A program made the position numbers and the translations under genes. 64,000 nt of DNA from Anaeromyxobacter sp. GTDB taxonomy: Bacteria > Myxococcota > Myxococcia > Myxococcales > Anaeromyxobacteraceae. This document shows, piece after piece, positions 22,719 through 33,758 of the stretch. Where the stretch lies: positions 128,001 through 192,000 of the forward strand of contig JASGJN010000002.1 of NCBI GenBank assembly GCA_049840735.1, read 5' to 3'. Within the stretch, counting starts at the first letter, position 1, and the number at the start of each line of letters is the position of its first letter. The notes beneath the pieces were generated by a model. It was not told the origin of the DNA. It worked only from the letters and a program-made list of their open reading frames with translations, and did no database searches.

Positions 22719-23437
22719 ATGGCCAAGGTCTCGCACCCCACCCTCCGGCGCCACCGCGACGGCGTGGTGGAGCTCCGCACCGGGACCGGCCCCACGCCGG
22801 TGACGCTGGTGAGCGGCGCGGTGCTGGCCGCGGCCCTGGCCGGGCTGGCCTGGCTGGCCGCGCAGGGCCTGTGGCAGCGGCCCGGCAGCGCCGGCGCGCC
22901 GCGCGCCGGGATCGCGGCGCCGGCCCGGACCGCCCCCACGGCCTCCCCGGCCGCGCCCGCCTCCACGGCCCGGGCCGCCACCGCCCGGGCGGCGCCGCGG
23001 CCCGCGCCGGCAGGCGGCCTCCAGGGCGCGGCCTCCAGCGGCAGCGGCGCCGGGAGCCATGGGCCGGCGCAGGCCCCCGGGCCGGCGGAGCCAGGGGGCG
23101 ACGGCGTGGAGGACGAGGCGGCCGCCGCGGCCGGCGCGCCCGACGCGGGCGAGGGCCCCACCGGCCTGGCAGCCTTCCCGCCCATGGGCACGAAGCCCAT
23201 CCAGCGCGGGCTGCTGGTCCCGGAGGGGTTCGTGCTCCCGCCCGGCTACGTGCGCCACTACCAGGCCACCGACGACGGCCGGCTCCTGCCGCCATCCTCC
23301 GCTTCCACCCCGATCACCCCGTCACCGACGCCAGCGGCCACCCGCTCCCGCCCGGCGCGGCGGTTCCGCCCGAGCTGGCGCCGCCGGGCCTGCCCATCGA
23401 GTGGCTGGAGCCGCCGGCGCCGGAGGGGCGCGAGTGA
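22719..23437 (+). CDS. Membrane-anchored hypothetical protein, frameshift near 23292
   Basis: GAGAGGAAC RBS, one TM, low-complexity linker, then TGLAAFPPMGTKP...PPGYVRHYQATDDG...ILRFHPD...VPPELAPPGLPI; stop overlaps the next GTG. Confidence 0.7.
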
Positions 23438-25119
23438 GCGCCGCGCGCCGGCGCGGCGCGCTGCTGCTGGCCTGCCTGGCCAGCGCGGCGCTGCTGGCGG
23501 GCTGCGCCTTCCTCCCGCCGCCGGCCCACCTCCTGGTGCTGGTGGCGCTGGTGCCCTGGCTGGCCGCGCTCGACCGGGCGCGCACGGCCCGGGGCGCGCT
23601 GGCCGCCGGCGCGGCGCTGGCGGCGGCCTTCATGCTGGCGGCGCTGGGCTGGTTCGCCGACGCGGTCGCGCGCTTCACCGGCTGGCCGCGCCCGGCGGCC
23701 TGGCTCGCGCTGGCGCTGCTGGCGCCGCTGCTCCAGCCACAGCTCCCGCTGGCCGCCCTGGCGCGCCACGCGGCGCGCGCCGGCGGCGCCCACCCGATCC
23801 GCGGAGCGCTGGCGCTGGCGCTGGCCTGGACCGCGGTGGAGTCGCTCGTGCCGAAGCTGCTGGGCGACACGCTGGGGCTGGCCTTCGCGCCCGCCCCCTG
23901 GCTGCGACAGGCGGCGGACCTGGCCGGCGCGACCGGGCTGACGGCGGGGGCGCTGGCAGTGAACGAGCTGCTGCTGGCGCTGGCGCGCGCCGGCCTGGCG
24001 CCGGGGCCGGGCGGACGGCTGCGCCGGGCCGCCCTGCCGGCGGGCGCGCTGGCGGCGCTCCTCCTGGCCTGGGGCGGGTACGGCGCGGCCCGCCTGCGGC
24101 AGCTGGCGGGGGCGCCGGACCGGCCCACGGTGACGGTGGGCGTGGTCCAGTCCAACCTGGTGGCCTACGACCGGCTGGCGCGCGAGCGGGGCCGCTACGC
24201 CGTGGTCCGCGAGGTGCTGGACGTGCACCAGGGGCTCTCGCAGGCGCTGGTGGAGCGCGGCGCGGTGGACCTCCTGGTCTGGCCGGAGACGGTCTACCCG
24301 ACCACCTTCGGCGCGCCGCAGAGCGCCGACGGCGCGGCGCTCGATCAGGAGCTCGAGGCCTTCGCCCGGCGCGAGGGGGTGCCGCTGGCCTTCGGCGCCT
24401 ACGAGGCCGGCCCGGGCGCCGAGTACGTCTCGGCCTTCTTCCTGCAACCGGGCGTCGGCGGCCTGGCCCGCGCCAGCTACCGCAAGGCGCACCTCTTCCC
24501 GCTGACCGAGTGGGCCCCGGGGCCGCTCTCCGGCGCCCTGGCCCGCCGGCTCCTGCCCTGGCTGGGCGGGTGGACGCCGGGGCCCGGGCCGCAGGTGGTG
24601 CCGCTGCAGGTGGCGGGGCGGCCGCTGCGGGTCGGCCCGCTGCTCTGCTACGACGCGGTCCGGCCGGAGCACGCCGCCGCCGAGGCCCGCGCCGGGGCCG
24701 AGCTCTTGCTGGCCCTCTCCAACGACGCCTGGTTCGACGGCGGCCCGGGCTCGCGCCTCCACCTGGCGGTGGCGCGGCTGCGCGCGGTGGAGACCCGCCT
24801 GCCGCTGGCGCGCGCCGCCCCCTCCGGCATCTCGGCGGTGATCGAGCCCTCCGGCGAGGTCGCCGCCGCCGCCGCGGTGGGCGAGCGGGCGGCGCTGGCG
24901 GTGGAGCTCACGCCGGGGCGGGCGGTGGACGCGCCGTTCCTGTGGCTGGGCCCCTGGCTCGGACCGGCCGCGCTGCTGGGGCTCGCCGCCGTGCTCGGGA
25001 GCTCAATGCGGCCCCGCTCCGGGGTGGGGGCCCCGGCGAAGCCGGGGGAGGGGCGCCAGCCCCTCGGCGGCGGACAGCGCGCAAGGCCGAAGGCCGCAGC
25101 GCGCTCGGCTCCGCCGTAG
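23434..25119 (+). CDS. Apolipoprotein N-acyltransferase paralog (second Lnt)
   Basis: TM N-domain, VVQSN, VWPET, YRKAHLFP, LLCYD (E-K-C triad), SNDAWF, RAVETR. Confidence 0.88.
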   Translation: MSAARRRGALLLACLASAALLAGCAFLPPPAHLLVLVALVPWLAALDRARTARGALAAGAALAAAFMLAALGWFADAVARFTGWPRPAAWLALALLAPLLQPQLPLAALARHAARAGGAHPIRGALALALAWTAVESLVPKLLGDTLGLAFAPAPWLRQAADLAGATGLTAGALAVNELLLALARAGLAPGPGGRLRRAALPAGALAALLLAWGGYGAARLRQLAGAPDRPTVTVGVVQSNLVAYDRLARERGRYAVVREVLDVHQGLSQALVERGAVDLLVWPETVYPTTFGAPQSADGAALDQELEAFARREGVPLAFGAYEAGPGAEYVSAFFLQPGVGGLARASYRKAHLFPLTEWAPGPLSGALARRLLPWLGGWTPGPGPQVVPLQVAGRPLRVGPLLCYDAVRPEHAAAEARAGAELLLALSNDAWFDGGPGSRLHLAVARLRAVETRLPLARAAPSGISAVIEPSGEVAAAAAVGERAALAVELTPGRAVDAPFLWLGPWLGPAALLGLAAVLGSSMRPRSGVGAPAKPGEGRQPLGGGQRARPKAAARSAPP

Positions 25120-25170
25120 CGCGGGTGGGGCCCCGACGGCTCCGCCGGCGGGGCGGGGGCGCAGCCCCCG
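25021..25170. repeat. Full-length inverted copy of the multi-hairpin REP-like element
   Basis: Reverse complement aligns with 8394-8520, and its tail with 8305-8340. Confidence 0.9.
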
Positions 25171-25171
25171 T

Positions 25172-26291
25172 TCAATCGTCCACGGCGCGATCGGTCCGGC
25201 GCACGCCCAGCAGGTAGGGCGTGATGAACCCGTCCAGCTCGCCGTCCAGCACCTCGTCCACCTTGCCCGTCTCCACCCCGGTGCGCAGGTCCTTCACCAT
25301 CCGGTAGGGCTGGAGCACGTAGCTGCGGATCTGCGAGCCGAAGTCGATGTCCTTCTTCTGCGCCTCGACGGCGTCGCGCGCGGCGGCGCGCTTGCGCTCC
25401 TCCAGCTCGTAGAGGCGCGAGCGGAGGATCTTCCAGGCCACCGACCGGTTCTTCTGCTGGCTGCGCTCGTTCTGGACCGCCACCACGATGCCGGTGGGCA
25501 GGTGGGTCATGCGGACGGCGGAGTCGGTCTTGTTGACCTTCTGGCCGCCGGCGCCGGAGGAGCGGTAGGTGTCGATGCGGACGTCGGCCTCCTTGATGTC
25601 GATGACGATGTCGTCGTCGATCTCCGGGGTCACGTCCACGGCGGCGAAGGCGGTCTGGCGGCGGGCGTTCTGGTCGAACGGGCTGATGCGCACCAGGCGG
25701 TGCACGCCGCGCTCGGCCTTGAGGAAGCCGAAGGCGTTGGGGCCGCGGGCGATGAAGGACGCCTGCGAGATGCCGGCCTCCTCGCCGGCCACCAGGTCGG
25801 CGGGCTCGACCTCCCAGCCCTTGCGCTCGCAGTAGCGGGCGTACATCCGGTAGAGCATGGCCGCCCAGTCCATGGCGTCCACGCCGCCCGCGCCGCTCTT
25901 CACCTCGACGATGGCGCCGGCGCCGTCGTGCGGGCCGGAGAGCATGCGCTGGAACTCCAGCGCCTGCACCTCCACCTCCAGCGCGTCCAGGGCCTGGGCC
26001 GCCTCGCCCCGGGCGGCCTCGTCCCGGGCCTCCTCGGCCAGCTCGTGCAGCGCCTGGGCGTCCTCCAGCGCGCGCCGGGTCCGGTCGAAGCCGACCGTCA
26101 CGCCCTCCAGCCCGGCCTTCTCCTTCAGCAGCCCCTGGGCCCTGGCGGCGTCGCCCCAGAAGGCCGGGTCCTCCGACATCCGGGCGATCTCGGCCACCCG
26201 GTTGGCCTTGCGGTCGACGTCAAAGAGACCCCCGCAGCCCCTCGAGGCGGCGAGTCAGGTCGGCGAGGCGCTCGGCGTTGGGTGCGGCCAT
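25172..26291 (-). CDS. prfB: Peptide chain release factor 2 (programmed +1 frameshift)
   Basis: SPF, GGQ, GSQIRSY motifs; first frame MAAPNAERLADLTRRLEGLRGSL ends at CTT TGA C. Confidence 0.97.
26219..26233 (-). promoter_or_regulatory. prfB +1 ribosomal frameshift site
   Basis: GGGGG-TCT-CTT-TGA-C: internal SD-like run, slippery Leu codon, UGA. Confidence 0.95.
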
Positions 26292-26309
26292 GGCTCGATC
26301 TCCGTTCGG

Positions 26310-28001
26310 TCAGGCGGCGGGGCGGCGTCGCCGGAGGGCCAGGCCCAGCGCGGCCAGGGTGGCGGCCACGCAAGCCCAGGCGAAGAGGTCGCCCAACCTA
26401 GTGTAGAGCGTGCGCCCCTGCAATCGCGGCACGTCGGTCACCAGCAGGCCGGGCGGCTCGTCGAGGCGGGGCGCCAGGTCCGGGTCCACCGGCCCCACCT
26501 CCAGCCACCCCGGCGCCAGCTCCCCGGTGGGCAGGATCACCGCCGAGACCCCGGCGTAGGCCGGGCGGATCACCGCCCGCCCGGTCTCGATGGCGCGCAT
26601 GCGCACGATGGCCAGGAACTGGTACGGGCCGGACGAGTAGCCGTACCAGGCGTCGTTGGTGGCGTTGACGAGCAGGTCCGGGGCGGGCTGCTGGGCCGCG
26701 AAGGCCCGCGCCACCTCCGGGAAGATGGCGTCGAAGCAGATGAGCGGCGCCAGCCGCACCGGCTCGGCCGGCGCCAGCGCCGCCGGGGTGGCCGCGCCGG
26801 GGCGCGGGGTGAAGGCCAGCACCCGCAGCTCGGAGCCGGGCGCGACGGCCGCCACGCTGGGGACGACCTTGTCCACGAACGGCAGGAGCGTCTTGACGAT
26901 GGAGGGGACGTACTCGCCGAAGGGGACCAGGTGGTGCTTGCGGTAGGAGCCGAGGCGCTCCAGCTCGGGCGTGAGCAGGAACTGCTCGTTGCCCACGCGG
27001 TAGTGGAGCTCGCCGCCGTCGCCCCGGAGCCGCTCCAGCGTGGCCACGCCCATGAGCAGGTGCGCCCGCGCCAGGCGCGGGAGGCCGGCCTCGGGATCGT
27101 CGAACGAGGTGATCCCGGGCGGCACGTAGAGCGGATAGGCCGCCTCGGGCCAGGCCACCAGGTCGGCGCCGCGCCGGTCGGCCTCCAGCGTGGGCGGCAC
27201 CAGGCGGCCCAGGATGTAGGCGGCGTTCTCGCGGGCGGCGTTCTTGGTGGACTGGTCGACGTTGGGCTGGACCACCCCCACGCGCACGCTGGGCGCGGCG
27301 GCCATGGCCGCCCGGACGCCGCGCAGGTGCCAGGTCCCCCCGGCCACCACCAGCGCCACCAGCGCACCCACGGCCGCCACCGGCCGCCAGCGCCAGCCGC
27401 CGCCGGCGCGACGGGCCACCCACGCCTCGGCGAGCGCGGCGTTGACGGCGGCCACCAGCGCCGCCACGCCGTAGACGCCGGTCACCGCGGCCAGCTGCGC
27501 CACCGGGAGCGTGCGCACCTGCGTGTAGCCGAGGTCGGCCCAGGGGAAGCCGGAGAAGAGGTAGTTGCGCAGGAGCTCGGCGGCCGCCCAGGCCGGCGGG
27601 AGGTGCAGGTGGAGGGGCCAGCCCAGGCGCGCCCGGATGCGGTGGGCCACCGCGAAGAGCAGCGCCCAGTGCCCGGCCATGTAGAGCACCAGCAGCGCCA
27701 GCGCGGGCAGCGCCGCGACGGCGGGGAGCCCGCCGAACGCGGTCATGGCGTGGGAGACCCACCAGATGGCGACCCAGAAGTAGGTGAAGCCGGCCAGGAG
27801 CCCGAGCGCCGCCGCGCCGCGGGTGCGCCGGGCGCCGATGAGCGCCACCAGCGCCGGGACCAGCCCGACCCAGGCCAGGAGCTCGAGGTGGCCGGCGGGG
27901 TCCACCTCGCGGAGCGAGCCGTAGGGCACCGCCAGCGGCAGGGCCAGGGCGGTGAGCAGGCCGGAGGCGACGGCGAGGAGCGGGAGGCGGAGACGGCGCA
28001 T
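26310..28001 (-). CDS. lnt: Apolipoprotein N-acyltransferase
   Basis: SGFPWADLGYTQ, VVQPN, AWPEAA, YRKHHLVPFGEY, ICFD, TNDAWY; canonical lnt-prfB context. Confidence 0.95.
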   Translation of the reverse strand: MRRLRLPLLAVASGLLTALALPLAVPYGSLREVDPAGHLELLAWVGLVPALVALIGARRTRGAAALGLLAGFTYFWVAIWWVSHAMTAFGGLPAVAALPALALLVLYMAGHWALLFAVAHRIRARLGWPLHLHLPPAWAAAELLRNYLFSGFPWADLGYTQVRTLPVAQLAAVTGVYGVAALVAAVNAALAEAWVARRAGGGWRWRPVAAVGALVALVVAGGTWHLRGVRAAMAAAPSVRVGVVQPNVDQSTKNAARENAAYILGRLVPPTLEADRRGADLVAWPEAAYPLYVPPGITSFDDPEAGLPRLARAHLLMGVATLERLRGDGGELHYRVGNEQFLLTPELERLGSYRKHHLVPFGEYVPSIVKTLLPFVDKVVPSVAAVAPGSELRVLAFTPRPGAATPAALAPAEPVRLAPLICFDAIFPEVARAFAAQQPAPDLLVNATNDAWYGYSSGPYQFLAIVRMRAIETGRAVIRPAYAGVSAVILPTGELAPGWLEVGPVDPDLAPRLDEPPGLLVTDVPRLQGRTLYTRLGDLFAWACVAATLAALGLALRRRRPAA

Positions 28002-28054
28002 GGCGAGGCGGCAGGGTCAGTCTTGTAACGGGCGGGCGGGGGCGCCGGGCGCCC

Positions 28055-28441
28055 TCAGCGGCCCTTGGCGGGCGTCCCGGCGGAGGCCGCCGGGGCGGCT
28101 GGCTCGACCTCGACCGCAGGCCCCTGCCCGGCCTCGTAGGCGGCGGCCGCGGCCAGGTAGTAGGCGACCGCCTCGCGGACCAGGTGCCCGACCGGGCGGC
28201 CCAGGCGCGTGGCGGTGGCCTCGATGGCCCCGGCGGAATCCGATGGCATGCGCACCGGGACGACGCGGGCCTGGGCCAGGGCGGCCTCCAGCCGCTCGAG
28301 CGCCTGGCTGGGCCGGGAGACGCGGAAGTCCCCGGCCTCGATCATCTCCTTGATGCGGCGCGCGAGGTCCTCGCGCGTGTACCACGCGCCGTCGAGCCAG
28401 ACCGCCTCGGCGTCGAGATCGATGTCGGCGAACGGATCCAT
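28055..28441 (-). CDS. Small protein with probable C-terminal ribbon-helix-helix domain
   Basis: GAGGAG RBS; VVPVRMPSD...LGRPVGHLVREAVAYYL fits an RHH pattern. Confidence 0.6.
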   Translation of the reverse strand: MDPFADIDLDAEAVWLDGAWYTREDLARRIKEMIEAGDFRVSRPSQALERLEAALAQARVVPVRMPSDSAGAIEATATRLGRPVGHLVREAVAYYLAAAAAYEAGQGPAVEVEPAAPAASAGTPAKGR

Positions 28442-28924
28442 CGCTCCTCGGCCTCGCGCGCGCTCTCCGCGCGCCCTGCGTTGCCCAGCGCTGCCCCGAC
28501 CAGCCCCTCGACCCGCGCCAGCGCGGCCTCCTGCGCCGCCATCCGGCGTGCCTCCTCCGGCCGCTCGTGGTCGTGGCCGAGCAGGTGGAGGATCCCGTGG
28601 GCGAGGTACCGATTCGAGCTCCGAACCCACGGAGCGCCCCTCGGCCCGGGCACGGCGGCTGGCCGTGTCGAGCGAGATTACCACGTCGCCGAGCAACGAC
28701 CCAGCGCCCGGAGGCTCGCTGATGGGAAACGACAGCACGTCGGTGGCCTGGTCCTTCCCGCGCCACTCCCGGTTGAGCGTCCGGATGCGCCGATCGCCGA
28801 CCAGCAGCACCGAGAGCTCGGCGTCCTCGCGGCCCAGCGCGGCCAGGTAGGCGGCGGCCTGGCGCCGCAGGCGGCGCGCGGCGGCGGCTCCGCGGCGGTG
28901 CTCGCTGGTGAGCCGGACGATCAC
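28342..28924 (-). CDS. ybeY: rRNA maturation RNase YbeY, frameshift at 28611-28615
   Basis: LNREWRGKDQATDVLSF, LGDVVIS, HGILHLLGHDH; exact 3' end uncertain. Confidence 0.92.
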
Positions 28925-31266
28925 GAGGACCTCGCCAGGAGCCGCACGGGCGGCGCGCCGGCGGGCTCGGGAGGCCGGCCGGGGGCGCCAGGGCCGGCCC
29001 GGTGGATGGCGTCCAGCGCCCGCACCATGGCGGCGGCCACGGCGGTCAGGTCGCGCAGGGTCAGCTCGCAGTCGTCCAGCTGGCCGTCGGCGAAGATCTC
29101 GTCGATGCGCGCCTCCACCAGCTGCCGGAGCGGCTCGCCGGTGGGGGTGTCGAGCGCGCGGGAGGAGGCCTCGCAGGCGTCGGCGATCATCACCAGGGCC
29201 GATTCCCGCGACTGCGGGCGCGGCCCGGGGTAGCGGAAGAGCGACTCGTCGAGCGGCCCGCGGGCGCTGCCGTCCTCGACGGCGCGCCGGGCCTGCTCCC
29301 AGAAGATGCCGGTGCGGCGGGTGCCGTGGTGCTCGGCGATGGCGTCGCGGACCGGGCGCGGCAGCTTCCAGCGCCGGGCCAGCTCCAGCCCGTCGGTCAC
29401 GTGGCGCTTCACCACCAGCGCGCCCATCGACGGCGCCTGCGGGTCCTGGCGGGTGTCGCCGCGCTGGTTCTCCTCGAAGGCCAGCGGGTTCCGGGTCTTC
29501 CCGATGTCGTGGTAGTAGGCGCAGACCCGCGCCAGCAGCGGGTTGGCGCCGATGGCCTGCGCGCCGGCCTCCACCAGGGCCCCCATCACGATGGCGTGGT
29601 GGTAGGTGCCCGGGGCCTGGATGATGAGCTCCTTGAGCGCCGGGTGGTTGAGGTTCGCGAGCTCCAGCAGCCCCTGGTCGGTGACGTAGCCGAAGATCCC
29701 CTCCACCAGCGGCAGGAAGCAGACCACCGCCAGCGGGACCACCAGCAGGCCGCCGAGGAAGGCCGAGAGCGCGTTGGCCGCCACGTCGGAGGGCGAGAGA
29801 CCCGCGTTGAGCCCCAGCGCCGCCACCACGCCCGCGCCCACCAGCCCCACGCCGGCGCCGGTCCGGAAGTGGCGCGCCCGGTCCTGGCCGCCGGACGGGA
29901 GCCCCGCGGCGGCGATGGAGGTGAGCGTGGCGTAGACGGCGTAGCCGGGCGACTGCGGCGCGAGCAGGCCGCTGGCCAGCCCCGCCGCCAGCGCGAAGAG
30001 CAGCGCCACCTCGGCGGAGAGCACCTGGCGCACCAGCAGCGCGCCGGCCGCGACCGGCAGGAGGTACTGGAGCGCGTTGGGGGGCAGCCCGGGCAGGCGC
30101 TCGTGCAGCTCGCCCACCACCGCCAGGCCGGCGGCGGCCAGGCCCAGGGTGCCGATCAGCGACGAGGCCAGGAAGGTGGAGTCGCGGCGGCCCGGCTTGA
30201 AGCGCGGCAGGTTGCGGCGGGCGAAGACCCAGAGCAGCGCCACCACCAGCGCCACCAGCGCGCCGCCGCCCAGGCGGACGTGCGTGAGATCCTGCCCCGC
30301 GCCCTGCGCGCGCATGCCGTCGAGGATCACCAGGTGGCGCTCCTCGATCACCTCGCCCTCGGAGAGCACCCGCTCACCGCGCTTCACCGCCAGCACCACC
30401 GGCTTCACCGCGGCCCGGGCCTCGGCCCGCCGCCGATCGGTCTCGGCCTGCGCCTGGACCAGGGTGGGCCGGACCATGGCCGAGGCGATGCGCACCGCCG
30501 CCGCCCGCAGCGCCGGCTTCTCCGAGGCCAGCCGCGCGGCGCCGGTCTGGGCTACCTCCGCGCGCGCCGAGGCCACGTCGCGGACCAGGGCCAGATCCGA
30601 GTCCACCCGCTCGCCCTGCAGCTCGCCGCCCACCGCGCTGCGGACCGCCAGCCCCTGCTGCCGGTCGGCCGCCAGGAGCTGCAGGTCCTCCACCACCATG
30701 CCGGCCAGGCCGCGCTGCGCCAGCGCCACGATCTCGCGCTCCACCTGCTCGGAGAAGCGGGCCGCCGAGAGCGCCGCCAGGTCCTCGTCGCGCACCACCA
30801 CCTGCAGCCGCGAGACGAAGGCGCCCCGCTGCGCGCTCCAGCGGCGGGCCAGCTCGCCGGGGGCCGGCGTGGGCGTGGCCGCGAGCAGGGCGGACTCCTC
30901 CTCGCGCATCACCTGGAAGGCGGCCCGGACGCGGGCCGCGGCCTCGTCCCCGGCGCCCACGTCGCGGTCGTAGACCGGCCGGACCGCGCCGGCGGCCTCG
31001 GACCGGCGCCGCGCGGTCGCCTCCTGATCCTCGATGTCGTAGTCGCGATCGGCGCGGACGGTGGCCGGGGCGGGCGTGCCCAGCTTGTCGTGGCCCGGCA
31101 GGCGGACCAGCGAGGTCGGGGAGAGCAGCCAGCCGGCCGCGCCGCCCACGCAGGCCACCAGGGCCAGCGCCAGGAGCTGGCGGGTCCATTCGCGACGCGA
31201 CCGCCGTCCTGCCTCGGCCGGGCGGGGGCTCTCGGGGGTGGGTGGCACGGCGAGCCAGACTGTCAC
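28921..31266 (-). CDS. 7TM-HD phosphohydrolase (PgpH-like)
   Basis: Extracellular domain, ~7 TM, APGTYHH, YYHDIGK, EHHGT, FRYPGPRP, IADACEA; phoH-HD-ybeY order. Confidence 0.9.
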   Translation of the reverse strand: MTVWLAVPPTPESPRPAEAGRRSRREWTRQLLALALVACVGGAAGWLLSPTSLVRLPGHDKLGTPAPATVRADRDYDIEDQEATARRRSEAAGAVRPVYDRDVGAGDEAAARVRAAFQVMREEESALLAATPTPAPGELARRWSAQRGAFVSRLQVVVRDEDLAALSAARFSEQVEREIVALAQRGLAGMVVEDLQLLAADRQQGLAVRSAVGGELQGERVDSDLALVRDVASARAEVAQTGAARLASEKPALRAAAVRIASAMVRPTLVQAQAETDRRRAEARAAVKPVVLAVKRGERVLSEGEVIEERHLVILDGMRAQGAGQDLTHVRLGGGALVALVVALLWVFARRNLPRFKPGRRDSTFLASSLIGTLGLAAAGLAVVGELHERLPGLPPNALQYLLPVAAGALLVRQVLSAEVALLFALAAGLASGLLAPQSPGYAVYATLTSIAAAGLPSGGQDRARHFRTGAGVGLVGAGVVAALGLNAGLSPSDVAANALSAFLGGLLVVPLAVVCFLPLVEGIFGYVTDQGLLELANLNHPALKELIIQAPGTYHHAIVMGALVEAGAQAIGANPLLARVCAYYHDIGKTRNPLAFEENQRGDTRQDPQAPSMGALVVKRHVTDGLELARRWKLPRPVRDAIAEHHGTRRTGIFWEQARRAVEDGSARGPLDESLFRYPGPRPQSRESALVMIADACEASSRALDTPTGEPLRQLVEARIDEIFADGQLDDCELTLRDLTAVAAAMVRALDAIHRAGPGAPGRPPEPAGAPPVRLLARSS

Positions 31267-31396
31267 CCGGACGCCAGGATGGCAACGGTCAAGCGGGTGG
31301 GATACCGGGGGAGGCCTCGGACCTCGGGCCTCGGACCTCAGGTGAAGGTCGAGCGACGCCTCTCCCGAGGCCTGCAGCCTGGGGCCTGAGGCCCGG

Positions 31397-32444
<1,048 letters not shown>

Positions 32445-32628
32445 GCCGTCTCCCTGGGTGACTGACGGGCCGGCCGCCGGGCCTGGGTCCCGTCCCCGGC
32501 GCGGGCGCACCGGGGCGAGGACGACCATAACGGAGGAGCGGCCCGCGGGCACGCGCCGGTTTCGGCCCGGGGGGCCGCGGTGGGGGTGCGCCCCCGCCCT
32601 GGCGCCCTGCCCTCCCGGGCCCTGCCCC

Positions 32629-33756
32629 TCAGCGCAGGGGCGGCAGGAGCACGAAGCGGCCGTCCGGCTGGCGCCGGTAGTGGTACTCGGAGACCCAGGG
32701 GAAGCGGACGTCGTCCGGCGCAGAGATGCCGGCCTTCACCAGCGCGTCCAGCGTCTCCGGGTACTCGCCCCGCTCCACCCGGTAGATCTCCAGCGCGGTC
32801 CGGAACCGCTCCACCCGGTGGCGCGCCAGGAGCCGCTCCGGGGCCAGGTCCTCGACCGCCACCTGCCCCCGCTCCACCGCCGCGCGGCGCTCGTCCAGCC
32901 AGTAGGCGATGCCGGCCAGCGCGGCGGCGATCAGCACCGTGGCCACGGCTCGCAGCGCGCCCGTCCGCAGCCGCGCGCCCCAGTCCTGGGCGTAGACGCC
33001 CACCGCGTGGGCGCGCCCGGCGGGCGCGATGGCCTCCAGGTAGCCCAGGTTCACCAGCGTCGCGAGCGCCTTGCAGGCCTCGAACTCGCCCAGGCGCGAG
33101 AGGTCGACGATCTTCTCGGCGGTGCGCCCGGCGGTGGCCAGCTCGTGGACGCGCCGCTCGTTCCCCCCCAGCGTGGCCAGCTCCTCCTGGCCCTCGCCGC
33201 TCCCCGCGCCCTCCTCCAGCGACCGCTTCTGGACGAAGGTGGTGGCCAGCGAGGGGACGCGCTGGCGGACCATGGGCCACTCGTCCACCCGCCGGAACCC
33301 CTCCATCAGGACCGACTCGGCGCGGAGCGGGGTGACCGTCTCCTTGTCCCAGTCCACCGGCCCGGGCTCGAACTCGTAGGTGCCGCGCTTCCAGTGGAAG
33401 AGCCGGTAGACCGTCTCGGTCGTCTGCAGGGCGGTGATCTCGCGCAGGGCGTCCTGGGAGATGTACCGCATGCTCACCATCAGGTCGCCCAGCCGCCGCA
33501 GCGTGCGCCGCTGCAGCTCCAGCGCGTGGTCCAGCTCCTGCTCGGTGATCAGCTCGGCCCGGACCAGCATCTGCCCCAGCCGCTCGCTGGCGCGCCGGCC
33601 GGTGGCCTCGGCCCGCACCACCGAGCCCTCGGCGATGGCGATGTGGATCTTGTCCTCGCGCGACTCGAGGTGCAGCACGCCGCTCTTGGACTGCTGGGCG
33701 ATGAGCTGGAGGATCTCGGCGATCCCGAAGTCGCGGAGCGTTCCCTTGAGCGCCAC
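32629..33756 (-). CDS. DUF4388 domain membrane protein with C-terminal GspG-like segment
   Basis: [18 protein letters not shown]...[22 protein letters not shown], one [22 protein letters not shown]. Confidence 0.8.
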   Translation of the reverse strand: MALKGTLRDFGIAEILQLIAQQSKSGVLHLESREDKIHIAIAEGSVVRAEATGRRASERLGQMLVRAELITEQELDHALELQRRTLRRLGDLMVSMRYISQDALREITALQTTETVYRLFHWKRGTYEFEPGPVDWDKETVTPLRAESVLMEGFRRVDEWPMVRQRVPSLATTFVQKRSLEEGAGSGEGQEELATLGGNERRVHELATAGRTAEKIVDLSRLGEFEACKALATLVNLGYLEAIAPAGRAHAVGVYAQDWGARLRTGALRAVATVLIAAALAGIAYWLDERRAAVERGQVAVEDLAPERLLARHRVERFRTALEIYRVERGEYPETLDALVKAGISAPDDVRFPWVSEYHYRRQPDGRFVLLPPLR

Positions 33757-33758
33757 GA

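Noticed and set aside
28055..28924. YbeY-RHH fusion protein (289-aa ORF)
   Set aside because: Produced by the indel at 28611-28615; the YbeY HxxxHxxxxxH motif is in another frame.
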